This document shows positions 17,419 through 27,511 of a stretch of DNA of 57,765 nt, piece by piece (the stretch's first letter is position 1; the number at the start of each line of letters is the position of its first letter). Below the pieces are notes generated by a model that was not told the origin of the DNA, ran no database searches, and saw only the letters and a list, made by a program, of their open reading frames with translations. The translations under genes and the position numbers were made by a program. This DNA is from Gemmatimonadales bacterium (GTDB lineage: Bacteria; Gemmatimonadota; Gemmatimonadetes; Gemmatimonadales; GWC2-71-9). The stretch lies in NCBI GenBank assembly GCA_039794085.1, contig JBDIWC010000025.1:1-57765 (forward strand). The letters are read 5' to 3'.

Positions 17419-18822
17419 TCAACGACTCCCCACCGCGCCGATCTCCCAGGCGTAGAGACTCGTCGGTACCATGCGGATGGTCACTCCTGCGACTGCCCGT
17501 TCCGCGCACCGCGAACGGGTCGTGGCGGTCACCTCCGCCAGTCCATGCTCCCGGGCGAACCGGATCAGTCCGGCCAGTTGCTCCGGTGCGTCAACGTACC
17601 GGTCGGACCACTTGACCTCGGTGGCCCAGGTGGGTGCCCCCTCGGAACCCATCTGTACCAGGTCGACCTCACCCTCCTTCCAGCGGGCGTAATGAATCGG
17701 AGTCTGGGTGTGGAACCATTGCGCCACCACGGACGTCTCGGCGAGCGGGCCCATCGCTTCGTCATCCGCGCCCACCGGCGCAAAGAGCGCCGCCCGCAAC
17801 GATGGGTTGGTCAGGTAGACCTTGAACGTAACGGCTCGCTGAAAGTGCTTCCCGGCCCGGTCCACCCGGTGCACCACCCGGATCAGGAACGCCGATTCCA
17901 GATATTCCAGGTACTTCTTGAGAGTGTTCTTGGCGACGCCGGATCCCTTCGCCAATCCCTCGAGTGAGAGCTCCCGCGATGTGTTCCACGCCAGCATCGT
18001 GAAGAGCCGGTTGAGTTCCTGGATGTCGCCGATCCCATAGAGCTGCGGCAGGTCGCGGAGCAGGACCTTGTCCACGATGTCGCCCTTGATGTACCGCATC
18101 GGATCGGCACGCACCTCGGCACTCAACGCCGCTTCCGGGTAGCCGCCGAAGTTGGCATACTCCACGAACGCCTCGTTGAACCGTTCGATGGTCCCGGCCA
18201 CGAGTTGAGGGTGGTCACTCACCCGCTCCGGAGGCGGTGCGGCATCGGTCAAGTCGAGGTATTCTGCAAAGGTGAGGGGAGGGAGGAGGAAGTCCGTGAA
18301 GCGACCAGCCCCCGACTCCAGGCTCTTGATCCGAAGCGCCGCGGCCGCCGATCCGGAAACCACGATCTTGAGGTCCGGACGATCGTCGACCAGGCGCTTG
18401 AGGTGGACCTTCCAATCCTTGAGATACTGAATCTCGTCGAAGAAGACCCACTCCAGGGCATCACCCGATGCCTCCTCGGCCAACGCGAGCAGGCGCTCGA
18501 GGGAGAGCCCGTCATAGAGGGGGAGATCCACTGACAGGTAGGCCAGTCGCTGAGGCGGAATCCCCTCTCCGAGTAGCGCCTTGATGGCATGGTGGATCAG
18601 AACAGTCTTTCCCACCCGCCGAGGACCGAGGAGGACGAGCGCCCGCCGGACAGATCGCTCCCGGACCAGGCTCAAAAAGGACTGCAGGTATGCTCGAGGC
18701 CTGAGCTCCCGGAACTGCCCCCCCACAGCATGGGGTGGCTGCCACCATGGGCTCTCGGCCTGGAGACGGCGACGGACTTCATCCGCGGGAATCTGGTACA
18801 TATTCTTGGTGGGATCATCCAT
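17419..18822 (-). CDS. AAA_14 ATPase with DUF4143-type C-terminal nuclease-like domain
   Basis: Walker A GPRRVGKT; Walker B FFDEIQ; SGS; GGYPE; EVD…EVKW. Confidence 0.88.
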   Translation of the reverse strand: MDDPTKNMYQIPADEVRRRLQAESPWWQPPHAVGGQFRELRPRAYLQSFLSLVRERSVRRALVLLGPRRVGKTVLIHHAIKALLGEGIPPQRLAYLSVDLPLYDGLSLERLLALAEEASGDALEWVFFDEIQYLKDWKVHLKRLVDDRPDLKIVVSGSAAAALRIKSLESGAGRFTDFLLPPLTFAEYLDLTDAAPPPERVSDHPQLVAGTIERFNEAFVEYANFGGYPEAALSAEVRADPMRYIKGDIVDKVLLRDLPQLYGIGDIQELNRLFTMLAWNTSRELSLEGLAKGSGVAKNTLKKYLEYLESAFLIRVVHRVDRAGKHFQRAVTFKVYLTNPSLRAALFAPVGADDEAMGPLAETSVVAQWFHTQTPIHYARWKEGEVDLVQMGSEGAPTWATEVKWSDRYVDAPEQLAGLIRFAREHGLAEVTATTRSRCAERAVAGVTIRMVPTSLYAWEIGAVGSR

Positions 18823-19083
18823 GGCACAAATAATCTCATGATCATGACGCTAGTCAAGGTGTGCGCCATAATATGTTGCCCCACAATGCTATAGCAGGCC
18901 ATCAGAGCATGCTGGACCCATGTCAACGCTATTCATCCGCAAACACAGATCCTGTGTTAATAATAGAGTCAAGATTGTGATCTTATCCGAATATGTTGCG
19001 TTATCTGTTTGGATTGCAATGCTTTATGCCATTCAACGTTCCTCCTGACCACCATGTACCGTGAAATAATTCCACGGCGATAA

Positions 19084-19280
19084 CCGGGACCCCAAGACCC
19101 AGGACCAAGTGACAATGGATTCCCGCGTTCGCGGGAATGACGCATCTGGATTGATTCGATCCCCCAAAGACCCAGCACCCAGAACCCGATGCCAAAGACC
19201 CAATACCCCCAGAACCCAATACCCCCAGAACCCAATACCCCAGAACCCAATATCCCGGGCGACGCATGCGTCGCCCCTAC
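19084..19280. repeat. Composite repeat cluster: heptamer tract, REP-like palindrome and GTAG-type REP
   Basis: REP-like copy 19116-19141; cccaata/cccagaa units 19164-19252; perfect 20-bp palindrome gggcgacgcatgcgtcgccc (19257-19276) followed by CTAC. Confidence 0.85.
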
Positions 19281-19295
19281 CCTTATACTTAGGCC

Positions 19296-20156
19296 GTGCC
19301 AAATTCCGTCAGCGACACTCCTCACGCCCGAACTGCTCACCGGGAGGTACGCGGGGTTTCCCTCTTCGAGCGACGACTCGGCTCCGGGCCGCCGGTGGTG
19401 GTGCTCCACGGGGGTCCCGGGGCTCATCACGACTACCTCCTGCCCGGTTTCGACACCCTCGCCACGGGCCGGGAGCTGATCTATTACGATCAGCGGGGAG
19501 GGGGACAGTCGGCGGTGGCGCGGGAGGTGCCGGTCGGGTGGCGGGAGCAGGTGGCCGATCTCGAGGCACTCCGCGTCCTCTGGGACCTGGAGACGCTCAC
19601 CCTCACCGGCTACTCCTGGGGCGGCCTCCTCGCCCTTCTCTATGCGCTGGAACACCCGGGGCGCGTCGAACGGCTCGCGCTGGTCTCTCCCGCGCCCTGC
19701 TGGCGGGAGGCCCGGGCGGCCTTCGAGGAGCGGTTCGCCGAGCGGAGCAGGGCACCCGCGATTCTGACCGCGCGCCAGGAACTTCGGGACAGCGGTCTGC
19801 AGGCCGAGAACCCCGAGGCGTACCAGCGCCGTTCCTTTGAATTGACCGTGGCCGGCTACTTCCACGATCCGGCCCGAGCCCGCGACCTGACCCCGTTCCG
19901 CGTCACCGGACGGACCCAGCAGGAGGTCTGGTCCAGCCTTGGCGACTACGATCTCCGACCCCGGCTCGCGGAACTCACCATGCCCTCCCTCGTGATTCAC
20001 GGGGAAGACGACCCCATCCCGATCAGCGCCGCGGAGACCCTGGCCCGGGGACTCGGAGCCGGGTTTGTTCCCCTTCCGGCGTGCGGCCACGTGCCATACG
20101 TCGAGGCGCTCGATCTCTTTCGCGAGGAGCTCCACCGGTTCCTTCCGCATGACTGA
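19296..20156 (+). CDS. Alpha/beta hydrolase (proline iminopeptidase-like)
   Basis: HGGPG, YDQRG, GYSWG, HGEDD and CGH motifs. Confidence 0.88.
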   Translation: MPNSVSDTPHARTAHREVRGVSLFERRLGSGPPVVVLHGGPGAHHDYLLPGFDTLATGRELIYYDQRGGGQSAVAREVPVGWREQVADLEALRVLWDLETLTLTGYSWGGLLALLYALEHPGRVERLALVSPAPCWREARAAFEERFAERSRAPAILTARQELRDSGLQAENPEAYQRRSFELTVAGYFHDPARARDLTPFRVTGRTQQEVWSSLGDYDLRPRLAELTMPSLVIHGEDDPIPISAAETLARGLGAGFVPLPACGHVPYVEALDLFREELHRFLPHD

Positions 20157-20808
20157 CCCCCGTCCCACGCCGTTCCGGCATCTCCTGGCCCCAGTGGCCG
20201 AGGAGCGGTTTCCGGCGGTGAGTGAAACGCTGTGTGAGACGGGTGTCGATGCCCGGGATCGGGATGCCTTTCTCCTGGCCCCACCGGTGGCGGAGATGAT
20301 TCGTGATCTGCGGCCGGAGGAAGGTCTGGGTGAGGCGATCGACCCCTTCGTGGCGCTGATCCATGCCGCGTATCTTCATTGGGCAACGGGTGCGGTCGAA
20401 CGGGAGGTGACCGGGTCGCGCCTCGCCGAGGCGCTCGCGGGGCTGCCGGGGACTCCGATCCCTCTCGACACCGGCACCCCGTACCTGCAACTTCCTCCGA
20501 GGCGCCTCTGGGGCACTCCGGTGGAGGGTCAGCCCGCCGAGCCGCTCGATGGATGTTTCGTGACCCGGGTGTGCGATCAGCTCGCCGTGGTGGCCGCGTT
20601 CGGCTTTCATCCGGCCCGGTTCGGGTTGACGGTGGTGGAGGTGACCGGCGCTGATCCCGGTCCCCTGGCGCGGCCCGATGGATCCGCTCTCTTCGCCCCC
20701 ACCTTGCCGGGAGGTGCCGAGGCGGGACTCGCGAGCGTGACGGGAATGGAGGAGCTGCTCTGTCTGGTCTGGCGTCTGGTGGGAGAGGGTCTCGAGGGAA
20801 GGAGTTGA
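20149..20808 (+). CDS. Hypothetical protein
   Basis: Fills the operon gap, overlaps the previous stop, GC-rich third codon positions. Confidence 0.65.
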   Translation: MTDPRPTPFRHLLAPVAEERFPAVSETLCETGVDARDRDAFLLAPPVAEMIRDLRPEEGLGEAIDPFVALIHAAYLHWATGAVEREVTGSRLAEALAGLPGTPIPLDTGTPYLQLPPRRLWGTPVEGQPAEPLDGCFVTRVCDQLAVVAAFGFHPARFGLTVVEVTGADPGPLARPDGSALFAPTLPGGAEAGLASVTGMEELLCLVWRLVGEGLEGRS

Positions 20809-20830
20809 TGAGATGATGCACACAGCCGTG

Positions 20831-22552
20831 ATGGACAAGGCCGCGGTGGCGCAGGTGCTGGAGCAGATCGCGGCGATGATGGAACTCGTGGGCGAGAACC
20901 CCTTTCGGGTGAGGGCTTTCCGCACGGCGGCCCGGGCGCTGGGGGGGCTGCACGGGGAGATCGCCCCCGCGCTGGCGGACGGAACCGTCGCGTCGATGAG
21001 CGGGATCGGCCCGGCGATTCTGCAGATCGTGACGGACCTGGTGGGGACCGGGAACTCCCGCGTGTTGGAAGAACTCCGGGAGCGGGTCCCGCCGGGTCTG
21101 GTGGAGATGCTGGGCATCCCGGGACTCGGCGTGTCCCGCATCCGGCAGATTCATGACCTCCTGGACATTGATTCCCTGCCGGAGCTCGAAGCGGCGGCCC
21201 GGAGCGGCCGACTCTCCGAGATTCCCGGATTCGGCCCGAAGACGTGCGAGAACGTGCTGAAGGGAATCGCCTTTCTGCGCCGGGCAAGCGAGTTCCGGTT
21301 GCTGCACCACGCCCGCGTCGAGATGGATCGGCTGGTGGGGATGCTGGAGGAGGTGCCGGGGGTGCTGCGGGCGATCCCGGCGGGAGAGGTGCGGCGTTGG
21401 AGCGAGGTGGTGCGGGACCTGGTGGTGGTCCTGGTGACGGATTCCGTTCCCGAGGAGGTGCTCCGCGCTCTCGGCGAGGTGCCGGGAATCAGCGAGTACG
21501 CCGAGCACGACGAGCGGGTGGCCACGATCCGGGTGGCGGGTGGCTCGGCGGCCCGGGTGATCGTGACGCCCCCGGTCAATCTGGGGGCCGTGCTGGTGCA
21601 GGCCACGGGGAGTGAGGGGCATGTGGACGAACTGGGGACGGTGGCGGCGGATCGGGGTTCCTCCCTGCGCGGCGGGGCGCTCTGGCAGGGGAGCACCTTC
21701 ATCCCGACCCCCGATGAAGCCACCCTGTATCGCCATCTCGGCCTGCCGGAAATCCCGCCCGAGTTGCGGGAAGGCCGGGGGGAGACGCGGCGCTATGCGG
21801 GGGGCGTGCCGATGCTGGTGACGGAGAAGGACATCCTGGGATTGCTGCACTGCCACACCACCTACTCGGACGGCACCACCTCCGCAGAGGAACTGGCGCT
21901 CGCGTGCCGTGAGGCAGGCTACCAGTACGTGGGCATCACCGATCACTCCCAGAGTGCCGCCTACGCCGGGGGCATCCGGACCGAGGATCTCCCCGCCCAG
22001 TGGGCCGAGATCGACGAGGCGAACACCCGGTTGGAGGGGATCCGGATTCTCAAGGGGATCGAGGCCGACATCCTCCCCGACGGAGGACTCGACTACGACA
22101 ACGCGACCCTTGCGGGATTCGACTTCGTCATCGCCTCGGTGCACAGCCGGTTCGGGCTCGATGCCACCGCGATGACCGCGCGGGTGCTCGCGGCGATCGA
22201 CAATCCGTACGTGGCGATCCTTGGGCATCCGAGCGGACGCTTGCTGCTGTCCCGCGATCCCTATCCCCTCGACTTTCCCGCGATCTTTGCCCGGGCCGCG
22301 GCCCGCGGGGTCGCCATCGAAATCAACGCCGACCCGCATCGTCTCGACCTCGACTGGCGCCTCCTGGGCCAGGCCCGCGAGGCGGGGGTGATGATCTCCC
22401 TTGGCGCCGACGCCCACAGCCCCGCCGGGCTGGAACACATGCGCTATGGAGTGGCGATGGCACGCAAGGGCGGACTCGGCCCCGGGGACATCCTCAACAC
22501 CCGGCCGGTCGAGGCGTTTCTCGCGTTCGCCCGGGCCCGGCGCCCGGAGTGA
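20831..22552 (+). CDS. polX: DNA polymerase X-PHP family protein with altered polymerase active site
   Basis: ENPFRVRAF; HhH motifs (IPGLG, IPGFGPK); PPELRE; PHP motifs [28 protein letters not shown]; start could be 20813. Confidence 0.92.
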   Translation: MDKAAVAQVLEQIAAMMELVGENPFRVRAFRTAARALGGLHGEIAPALADGTVASMSGIGPAILQIVTDLVGTGNSRVLEELRERVPPGLVEMLGIPGLGVSRIRQIHDLLDIDSLPELEAAARSGRLSEIPGFGPKTCENVLKGIAFLRRASEFRLLHHARVEMDRLVGMLEEVPGVLRAIPAGEVRRWSEVVRDLVVVLVTDSVPEEVLRALGEVPGISEYAEHDERVATIRVAGGSAARVIVTPPVNLGAVLVQATGSEGHVDELGTVAADRGSSLRGGALWQGSTFIPTPDEATLYRHLGLPEIPPELREGRGETRRYAGGVPMLVTEKDILGLLHCHTTYSDGTTSAEELALACREAGYQYVGITDHSQSAAYAGGIRTEDLPAQWAEIDEANTRLEGIRILKGIEADILPDGGLDYDNATLAGFDFVIASVHSRFGLDATAMTARVLAAIDNPYVAILGHPSGRLLLSRDPYPLDFPAIFARAAARGVAIEINADPHRLDLDWRLLGQAREAGVMISLGADAHSPAGLEHMRYGVAMARKGGLGPGDILNTRPVEAFLAFARARRPE

Positions 22553-23181
22553 CGGTGGTCCGAACCCGGGCGCGGGCCGTCCTCCGTCGACTGAAGAAGG
22601 CCTATCCCGACGCGCACTGCGCTCTGGACCATCGGACCCCGTTCGAACTGCTGGTGGCCACGATTCTCTCGGCCCAATGCACCGACGTCCGGGTCAACCT
22701 CACGACCCCGGCCCTCTTCGCCCGATACCCGACCCCGCGCGATCTGGCCGGCGCCGATCCAGCCGAGCTCGAGTCGCTCATCCGGCCGACCGGGTTCTTC
22801 CGCATGAAGGCGAAGAACCTGATCGGGATGGCGACGGCGCTGCTGGAGACGCATGGGGGCGAGGTTCCCCGGACCATGGAGGCCCTCCGGGCTCTTCCCG
22901 GCGTCGGCCGGAAGACGGCAAACGTGGTGCTCGGCAACGCCTTCGGGATGAACGAAGGGATCACCGTCGATACCCACGTCGGACGGATCGCGCGTCTCCT
23001 CGAGCTGACGCGCGCCACGGATCCCGAGCAGGTGGAACGGGACTTGATGGTCCTCATTCCCCGAAAAGAGTGGACCCTCGTCTCCCATCTTCTCATCAGT
23101 CATGGCCGCGCGGTCTGCATCGCGCGCCGCCCCCGGTGTGACGACTGTGTCCTGCGCTCGGTCTGTCCGTCCGCCACCTGA
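22549..23181 (+). CDS. nth: Endonuclease III
   Basis: [31 protein letters not shown]-x6-C-x2-C-x5-C Fe-S motif. Confidence 0.96.
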   Translation: MTVVRTRARAVLRRLKKAYPDAHCALDHRTPFELLVATILSAQCTDVRVNLTTPALFARYPTPRDLAGADPAELESLIRPTGFFRMKAKNLIGMATALLETHGGEVPRTMEALRALPGVGRKTANVVLGNAFGMNEGITVDTHVGRIARLLELTRATDPEQVERDLMVLIPRKEWTLVSHLLISHGRAVCIARRPRCDDCVLRSVCPSAT

Positions 23182-23275
23182 ACGGCCCGGGCGGCGTCCC
23201 CCATTACTATTCGGGCAGGTTTCACCCTGCTGGTTTACGGTGCACGGCACACAGACCCAAGGACACGGTTGCCTC

Positions 23276-23722
23276 ATGAGCATTGCCACGATTGTCACCT
23301 CGCGCGGAACGATGACCGTCGAACTCTTTGACGACGAGGTCCCCGGCACGGTCGAGAATTTCCGGAAACTCGCCAGTGCCGGGTTCTACGACGGCACCCG
23401 GTTCCACCGGGTCATCCCGAATTTCATGATCCAGGGCGGTGATCCCCTGAGCCGGACTCCCGGAGCGCGCGGAGTCGGGACCGGGGGCCCGGGGTACAAG
23501 ATCAAGTGTGAAACCGACCGCAATGTGCACACCCATGTGGAGGGCACTCTCTCCATGGCCCATGCCGGACGGAACACCGGCGGGAGCCAGTTCTTCATCT
23601 GTCACTCAAGGCAGGCCCATCTCGACGGTGTGCACACCGTGTTCGGCCAGGTGACCGAGGGGTTGGACGTGGTGCATCAGATTCAGCAGAACGACGAGAT
23701 CATCACTCTGGCCGTGAGCTGA
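23276..23722 (+). CDS. Cyclophilin-type peptidyl-prolyl isomerase
   Basis: [38 protein letters not shown]. Confidence 0.95.
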   Translation: MSIATIVTSRGTMTVELFDDEVPGTVENFRKLASAGFYDGTRFHRVIPNFMIQGGDPLSRTPGARGVGTGGPGYKIKCETDRNVHTHVEGTLSMAHAGRNTGGSQFFICHSRQAHLDGVHTVFGQVTEGLDVVHQIQQNDEIITLAVS

Positions 23723-24192
23723 CCCTGCAGATCGACTTCGCGGTCCTCGCCGATTATGCCCTGATCGACCAGCACGGAAAGCTGTCGGTTCTGGGGATGT
23801 TTCAGCACGTCTGGGTGGAGAGCTTCCCCGCGGTGCACGCCCGCACTCACCTGGTGCTCCGGGTCAGCGGGCGGCGGACCGAGATCGGTCAACACCGCAT
23901 CCGGATCCGGTTCCTGGACGACCAGGAGCAGGAACTGCTGGGTGGTGAGGGCACTGTGCATTTCGGGGAGCCTCGGGCGGGAGTGACCGAGATCGAAGCG
24001 GGCGCGGTCCTGGTGTTCGACGTGCCGCTGCCCCGGCCGGGACTCTATCATTTCCAGGTCGATCTGGGCCAGGCGAAGGCGCGGCGCATTCCGCTCTCCG
24101 TGTCCCAGGTGCAGCACGAGGGATCCATCGGCGGCGGAGGCGAAGGGGGAGACGACGAGGAAGGTGATGCCCGTGAGGAGGGACCGTCATGA
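23719..24192 (+). CDS. DUF6941-like protein; probable CTG start (23719 or 23725)
   Basis: Frame above ATG 23797 encodes family-like [23 protein letters not shown] with no ATG/GTG/TTG; CTG 23719 overlaps the PPIase TGA. Confidence 0.65.
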   Translation: MTLQIDFAVLADYALIDQHGKLSVLGMFQHVWVESFPAVHARTHLVLRVSGRRTEIGQHRIRIRFLDDQEQELLGGEGTVHFGEPRAGVTEIEAGAVLVFDVPLPRPGLYHFQVDLGQAKARRIPLSVSQVQHEGSIGGGGEGGDDEEGDAREEGPS

Positions 24193-24776
24193 CGGGGGAA
24201 TGGACCCGGGACCGGGCCCTCGCGCTGATGCACGGGATGACGGAATCGGAGGCGCTGCGACGCCACATGTATGCGGTGGAGATTGCGATGCGTGCCATGG
24301 CCCACCGATACGGGGAGGATCCCGATGCCTGGGGTGTGGTCGGCCTCCTGCACGATCACGATTACGAGCGGTTTCCCAATGCGGACCGGGCCCCCGATCG
24401 GGAGCATCCGGCGGAGGGGGTTCGGCGCCTGGCCGAGGCGGGATTTCCCGAGCCGTGGTGCCGGGCGATCCTGGGCCATGCGGCGTACACCGGGGTACCA
24501 CGCGAGTCGCTTCTGGCCCGCGCCCTCTTTGCGGTGGATGAGCTCTCGGGGTTTCTGGTGGCCTGCGCGCTGGTCCGGCCCGACCGGAGCCTGGCGGGGC
24601 TCGAGGTCCGGAGCGTGCTGAAGAAGCTCAAGGACAAGGGTTTTGCGCGCGGTGTGAGCCGGGAGGATGTGCGGACCGGGGCGGAGGAACTCGGGGTGCC
24701 GCTGGAGGAGTTGATCGTCATAGTGCGGGATGCCCTGATCCCTCACGAGGCACTGCTGGGTCTCGGCGTGGCGTGA
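24189..24776 (+). CDS. HD-domain phosphohydrolase
   Basis: LRRH…GLLHDHDYE…ILGH…AVDELSG…KDKGFARGV. Confidence 0.88.
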   Translation: MTGEWTRDRALALMHGMTESEALRRHMYAVEIAMRAMAHRYGEDPDAWGVVGLLHDHDYERFPNADRAPDREHPAEGVRRLAEAGFPEPWCRAILGHAAYTGVPRESLLARALFAVDELSGFLVACALVRPDRSLAGLEVRSVLKKLKDKGFARGVSREDVRTGAEELGVPLEELIVIVRDALIPHEALLGLGVA

Positions 24777-26185
24777 CTCCGGTGTCCGCGCCCAGGCTTG
24801 CGTCCGATGGAGGGGATGCCCTGACGCGGGCGCTGGACCGGGCCGCCGGGTGCCGACCGATTCCCGGTAACGAGGTCACCCCCCTGGTGGATGGTCCCGC
24901 CATCTTCGAGGCGGGGCTCGCGGCAATCGCGGGGGCCACCCGCTGGATCCATGTCGACAACTACATCTTTCGCGGAGACCACACCGGCCGGAGGTTTGCT
25001 GAGGCGCTGGCCAGGCGGGCCCGGGACGGGGTGCGGGTCCGGCTTCTGGTCGATTGGCTCGGATCGTTCGGGACGCCGAACTCGTTCTGGACCCTGCTCC
25101 GGGCGGCGGGAATCGAGGTGCGGCACTTCGGCCCCCCGCGGCTGCTCGATCTGGCGCAGAACCTGACACGAAATCACCGCAAACTGATCGTCGCCGACGG
25201 GGTGGTCGCCCTGACCGGCGGCTTCTGCATCGGGGATGAATGGGCCGGGGACCCGCGCACCGGGACGCTGCCGTGGCGGGAGACCGGTGTGCTGGTGCGA
25301 GGACCCGCGGCCGCCCAGCTCGACCAGGCCTTTGCCGGCCCCTGGCGCGCGACCGGAGGGAACATCCCGCCTCACGAAACCCCGGGGGACGTCCCCGCGT
25401 CCGGTTCGAGTGTGGTGCGGGTGGTGGCCGGGGAGCCGTGGCGACTCCGGGCCTTCCGCACCCTGGAACTCATGCTGGCCTTGAGTGCCCGGCGGATCTG
25501 GCTCACCGACGCCTATTTCGTGGCGCCGCGCCGGGTGCGTGACGCGCTCCATGCCGCCGCGCGCGAGGGTGTCGATGTCCGGATTCTGGTGCCGGGAGCG
25601 AGTGACCTCCCCGTGATTCGCAATCTCACCCGCACGGGGTACCGGAGCCTGCTCCGGCACGGGGTGCGGGTGTTCGAGTGGCAGGGACCGATGCTGCATG
25701 CCAAATCGGTGGTGGTGGACGGGCGCTGGGTGCGGATCGGGTCGAGCAACGTGAACGTGTCGAGCTTTCTGGGGAACTGGGAAATCGACGTCCTCATCGA
25801 GGACGGACTCCTCGCCGAACAGATGGAACGACAGTTTCGTCGCGACTTGGACCAGAGTGCGGAAGTGGTGCGCCGCCTGCGCGGTCCGGAAACCCTGGGC
25901 CGGCTCCAACCGGTGACGCTGTCGGTGGATGCGGTCGATCCGGACATCGTCCTCCGCCATCACCCCAGCGGGAGGGAACGCCGCCGCCGGGCGCTGCAGA
26001 CCCTCTGGGCCGTGGCGGCCGGGACCCGGTGGTCGATTCTGGTGCCGGCCAGTGTCACGGCCTTGGGGGTCGGGGCCCTCTTCTTCTTCCTGCCTCGAAC
26101 CATGGCGGTGGTGTTCGGGGTGCTCTTTCTCTGGCTCGCTCTGGGGGCCGCTCTCGCCGCGATCCACCGGCCGGACGTCTCATGA
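24773..26185 (+). CDS. Cardiolipin synthase-like phospholipase D
   Basis: Two HKD motifs (HRKLIVAD, HAKSVVVD…GSSN); C-terminal TM pair. Confidence 0.9.
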   Translation: MTPVSAPRLASDGGDALTRALDRAAGCRPIPGNEVTPLVDGPAIFEAGLAAIAGATRWIHVDNYIFRGDHTGRRFAEALARRARDGVRVRLLVDWLGSFGTPNSFWTLLRAAGIEVRHFGPPRLLDLAQNLTRNHRKLIVADGVVALTGGFCIGDEWAGDPRTGTLPWRETGVLVRGPAAAQLDQAFAGPWRATGGNIPPHETPGDVPASGSSVVRVVAGEPWRLRAFRTLELMLALSARRIWLTDAYFVAPRRVRDALHAAAREGVDVRILVPGASDLPVIRNLTRTGYRSLLRHGVRVFEWQGPMLHAKSVVVDGRWVRIGSSNVNVSSFLGNWEIDVLIEDGLLAEQMERQFRRDLDQSAEVVRRLRGPETLGRLQPVTLSVDAVDPDIVLRHHPSGRERRRRALQTLWAVAAGTRWSILVPASVTALGVGALFFFLPRTMAVVFGVLFLWLALGAALAAIHRPDVS

Positions 26186-26757
26186 GTCAACATTCCCCCC
26201 CGACCCCGCGTACTCCGGATGTGGACGAGGCGAGGGACGCACGAGCGGCCGCCGGCGGGGATGGCGAGGCCTTCGGGCGGCTCGCGGAACGCCACGGTCT
26301 CGCGGCTCGCCGGGTGGCCATGGCGGTCCTCCGGAATCAGGAGGAGGCGGACGACGCGGTGCAGGACGGTCTCCTGGCCGCATGGCGGGCGATCGACCGG
26401 TTTGATCCGGCCCGTCCCTTCCGGCCCTGGTTGATGCGGATCGTGTCCAACGCCGCCCTGGATGCGGTCCGGCGGAGGCAGGTGCGGCGCACGGAGGAGA
26501 TTCCGCATGCCGTGGAGAGCCGGGATGTCCTGCCCGACCGGGCCACCGATCACTCGCTGATCCGGGAAACCCTGGATGCGGCGCTGGCGGAATTGCCGGA
26601 ACGGCAGCGGATCGCGGTGGTGTTGTTCGATGTCGAGGGATATGGACATGCAGATATTGCGGAGGTACTGCAGGTGCCGGAAGGGACGGTGCGGTCGTAT
26701 GTGTTTCACGCCCGCCGAGCCCTTCGGAAAACCTTGGCTCCGTTCATGGAGGAATGA
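26182..26757 (+). CDS. ECF sigma factor
   Basis: DDAVQD; FRPWLMRI; region 4 LPERQR…IAEVLQVPEGTVRS. Confidence 0.92.
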   Translation: MSQHSPPTPRTPDVDEARDARAAAGGDGEAFGRLAERHGLAARRVAMAVLRNQEEADDAVQDGLLAAWRAIDRFDPARPFRPWLMRIVSNAALDAVRRRQVRRTEEIPHAVESRDVLPDRATDHSLIRETLDAALAELPERQRIAVVLFDVEGYGHADIAEVLQVPEGTVRSYVFHARRALRKTLAPFMEE

Positions 26758-27092
26758 TGAGCGACTCACCCTTTGACGTGCGACCGGATGCGGCCCTCGG
26801 CGACCTGCTCCGGAAACATTTGACCGGTTCGGACGTCTCCCTGTTCCGGGAGCGGATGCGGCGTGCCCTCGCGGATGCGCATCCCGCCACTCCATGGGAC
26901 CAGTTGGCTCGATGGGCCCGGCCCGGTCTGATTGCGGCGGGCCTGGCGGCCGCGGTGCTGGGGTGGTTGGCGGTGCGCTCGCTGGATCGGGCCGTGGTCC
27001 CGGATGGAGGGGCGGTGTCCGTGCAGGTGGTGGTGGCGGGCGAGCAAACGGCGGGTGATCTCCTCATCGCCGCCGTGGCCGAGGGACGATGA
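26754..27092 (+). CDS. Putative single-TM anti-sigma factor
   Basis: Coupled to the ECF gene; one TM segment. Confidence 0.55.
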   Translation: MMSDSPFDVRPDAALGDLLRKHLTGSDVSLFRERMRRALADAHPATPWDQLARWARPGLIAAGLAAAVLGWLAVRSLDRAVVPDGGAVSVQVVVAGEQTAGDLLIAAVAEGR

Positions 27093-27511
27093 CCCGGGGA
27101 CGGTGGTACGCCACGGCGCTCCTGATCGCGGCCTTTGTGGTCGGGGGCCTGGCGGGAGGCGTGGTGGTCGCCATAGGGGACGCACGTTCCCACGATCATC
27201 GGGGGCGGGACCGCCGGGAGGGGGGGAACAGCGGAGGGCACCTGGGCCGGCTCACCGCGGAGCTGCAGTTGACGGAAGCACAGCAGGACAGTGTGGTGGC
27301 CATCCTGGCGCGGTATCAGCCGGTGACGGACTCGATGTGGCGGGAGATTCGCCCCGCATTCGACGCAGTGCGGGATCAGATTCGCAACGACATCCGCGCC
27401 CAATTGGGAGCGGACCAACAACAGGCGTATGCAGCGATGATTGAACGTCAGGAACGGGAGTACAAGGAGCGGGAAGCTCGCCGGGATCGGAGGGACCGTG
27501 GGTCGCGGTAA
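27089..27511 (+). CDS. Spy/CpxP-like periplasmic helical protein
   Basis: N-terminal TM; LQLTEAQ and LGADQQ (LTxxQ-like) motifs. Confidence 0.65.
   Translation: MTRGRWYATALLIAAFVVGGLAGGVVVAIGDARSHDHRGRDRREGGNSGGHLGRLTAELQLTEAQQDSVVAILARYQPVTDSMWREIRPAFDAVRDQIRNDIRAQLGADQQQAYAAMIERQEREYKEREARRDRRDRGSR

Noticed and set aside
18969..19302. ORFs with repetitive GYWVLG/GIGFW peptides
   Set aside because: Translations of the heptamer tract, not real proteins
19997..22438. 813-aa minus-strand ORF
   Set aside because: Antisense shadow of polX and its upstream gene
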